A DNA stretch of 64,000 nt from Hydrolagus affinis. Its lineage: Eukaryota. The stretch covers positions 1 to 64,000 of the forward strand of contig JAAILG010001635.1 in assembly GCA_012026655.1 (NCBI GenBank), read 5' to 3'. The position numbers and the translations under genes were made by a program. This document shows, in pieces, positions 62,201 to 64,000 of the stretch. Numbering within the stretch: the stretch's first letter is position 1; every line of letters begins with the position of its first letter. Below the pieces are notes generated by a model. That model did not search any database. It was not told the origin of the DNA and saw only the letters and a list, made by a program, of their open reading frames with translations.

Positions 62201-63400
62201 CGCGGCTTTCCCATTGTATGTGCACGCGCGCGCTATTGTAGGCCTCCATTTTTGTCGTGGGCATTGTATGAATTCATGAATCAGGGTGAAAGGGAATTTT
62301 ACAGCATCGTAAGCAAACTGGGCCAATCGACCGCACCCCCAATTTTGCAGTCGGAACTTTCTCTTTAAGGAAGTGGGTGAGGGGGCCAGACTATCGCAGC
62401 ATTCCTATTGCAAGTGAAACCACCCTTGGTGACCAGTTCTAATAGACTGGTTTTAATAGAGCACTTTTGCTTGAGCAATACGTGGTGGGACACTCCTTGG
62501 CATTCATTCTCTTACTATTGCTTACTGGAAATACGAGGGGAGGGTGTGGTGATGGGCCGTGAAGATATGAGCAAGCAAACGAGAGGCTGGCGAGCCTCTG
62601 TCGTCACAAGGGAACCATTGTTTAGTTTGTGTGGTTGTGAAGTTCGGGAACACAAGACTCGATTCTTGAAACCGCGATCGCAGCAAGATGTCTAATGATT
62701 GGTGAGAGCTGATCACCAGTGAAATGGAGCCCTGCCCCCCCCGCGACAGCAAACTGTCGGAGCTTGTTTTTCTCACCTCTCCTAGCCTTTGCGTCAGCTG
62801 CTTTTATATTAACAGCTGATGTGCGTCCTTGCCCGATAGGAGACCAACTCTCCACGGCAGCTTTGCTGTCACTGCACTCGCCCATTGTCACACACACTTG
62901 GTGTTAAATCTGCGTCTCAGGTTTGAATAGCAGCAATGCCAAAAGTGCAGTGTGAAAGCAGCGTGGGCAAGTTACACAGGGATCGAATTGACCGACCAGA
63001 TTGGGTGGTGGGTCAAAGCTGCAGTCGCAGTCCACAGCTGATTCTCAACCATTTTCCTGTTTCTTGTGGCACATGTCCAGCACTGGCATGTCCAGCCTTG
63101 CCTTGTCTGTGAGCTCCAGTACCCAGATCACTGGCACCACCTCCCGTTTAGACACATACAAGCACATCAAAGATTGATGTGACCGTGTCCGTATCTGTTC
63201 TGTGATGGAGCACAGCAGATGGTGCTATGCCACTCTCCTGCAGAGCTTAGCAAACCGGAGTGTATTCCACTGAATATTCATCAAATCATCTCGACTTACA
63301 CCTTCAGCACAAAGTATTGTTAAAGGGGTTGGTGATTATTGTGTTTCTTTGTGTTCATTTGAAATGTAGATTTCGGTTGCTTAACTTTTCATAGTTTATT

Positions 63401-63437
63401 TGTGTGTGTGTGTGTGTGTGTTTGTGAGAGAGAGAGA
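63401..63437. repeat. (TG)n-(AG)n compound microsatellite
   Basis: tgtgtg...tttgtgagagagagaga. Confidence 0.9.
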
Positions 63438-63524
63438 ATATTGCCTCGAAAGGGACATTCTGCAGAAATCTCCACAATCTCATCTCCGTCCTTGGAAGCA
63501 TCAACGTCAAACCCTCCGGCATCG

Positions 63525-63826
63525 TGATTGAAGCATGTGCCTCGCAAGTGAGAGGACCAAGGTTCCTTTCCAGATTCCAGAATCTGATTGTTCCTACTTT
63601 CTGAAGGTTCCTGATTGTTAGTCGATCACTTTTTACGGGGGTAATAATCCCTTAGAAAATATACATTATTTGGTCACTAAATCTATAATTCTTTGTGGGA
63701 CACTGCTGTGCGCAATTGGCTGCCGTGTTTCTCCCATAAAATAGTCTGTTCACTTTACAGTATATTCTGTGAAGTACTTTGAGACGTCTCTAAGAAGTAG
63801 TTATATCAAATGCAAGGATTATTATT
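63525..63826 (+). mobile_element. tRNA-derived SINE, near full length
   Basis: gcctcgcaagtgagaggacc...tgtgggacactgctgtgcgcaattggctgccgtg...tatcaaatgcaaggattatta. Confidence 0.85.
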
Positions 63827-64000
63827 TAAGCACACCAGTCCCTAACGGGTTTCATGTGAGATTCCTGTGATAAGAACACATATGGGAGGATTGAAACTCA
63901 ATAATTTTAAAGAAATTTCATATTTCTTAATACGAGCTCTTGAGTTGCAAATGGTGATCGATGCGTTTGGGAACCCAATGCTGATCTGTCAAGTGTGGGA

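Overview
Eukaryotic, vertebrate DNA. The repeat content (abundant L2/LINE-2 3' ends, shark-type CR1 tails, Penelope fragments, Deu-domain tRNA SINEs) points to a cartilaginous fish, possibly a holocephalan; that assignment is an inference. The window looks like the 5' part of the mind bomb 2 (mib2) E3 ubiquitin ligase gene on the + strand. Two coding exons are clear: 35957-36179 (first MIB/HERC2 domain) and 42390-42561 (ZZ zinc finger), joined in frame by a phase-1 GT-AG intron. I did not find the next coding exon in the remaining ~21 kb. Almost everything else is repeat-rich non-coding DNA, with two N gaps. Most ORFs in the track are chance frames or decayed LINE-2/Penelope/Tigger remnants. 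The points most worth following up are: (1) tiny Penelope-derived insertions that start at a minimal hammerhead-ribozyme motif, carry target-site duplications and sometimes form head-to-head palindromes; (2) a Tigger/pogo MITE whose interior is a ~420-bp fold-back of its own transposase 5' end; (3) a ~310-bp palindrome formed by inverted duplication within an unidentified repeat; (4) a possible spliced 40-aa uORF and a possible 513-nt protein-coding circRNA of mib2; (5) a SINE/L2 composite that occurs twice. I found no convincing novel protein-coding system. Repeat boundaries were read by eye and are approximate (roughly +/-10-20 nt) unless termini or TSDs are quoted.
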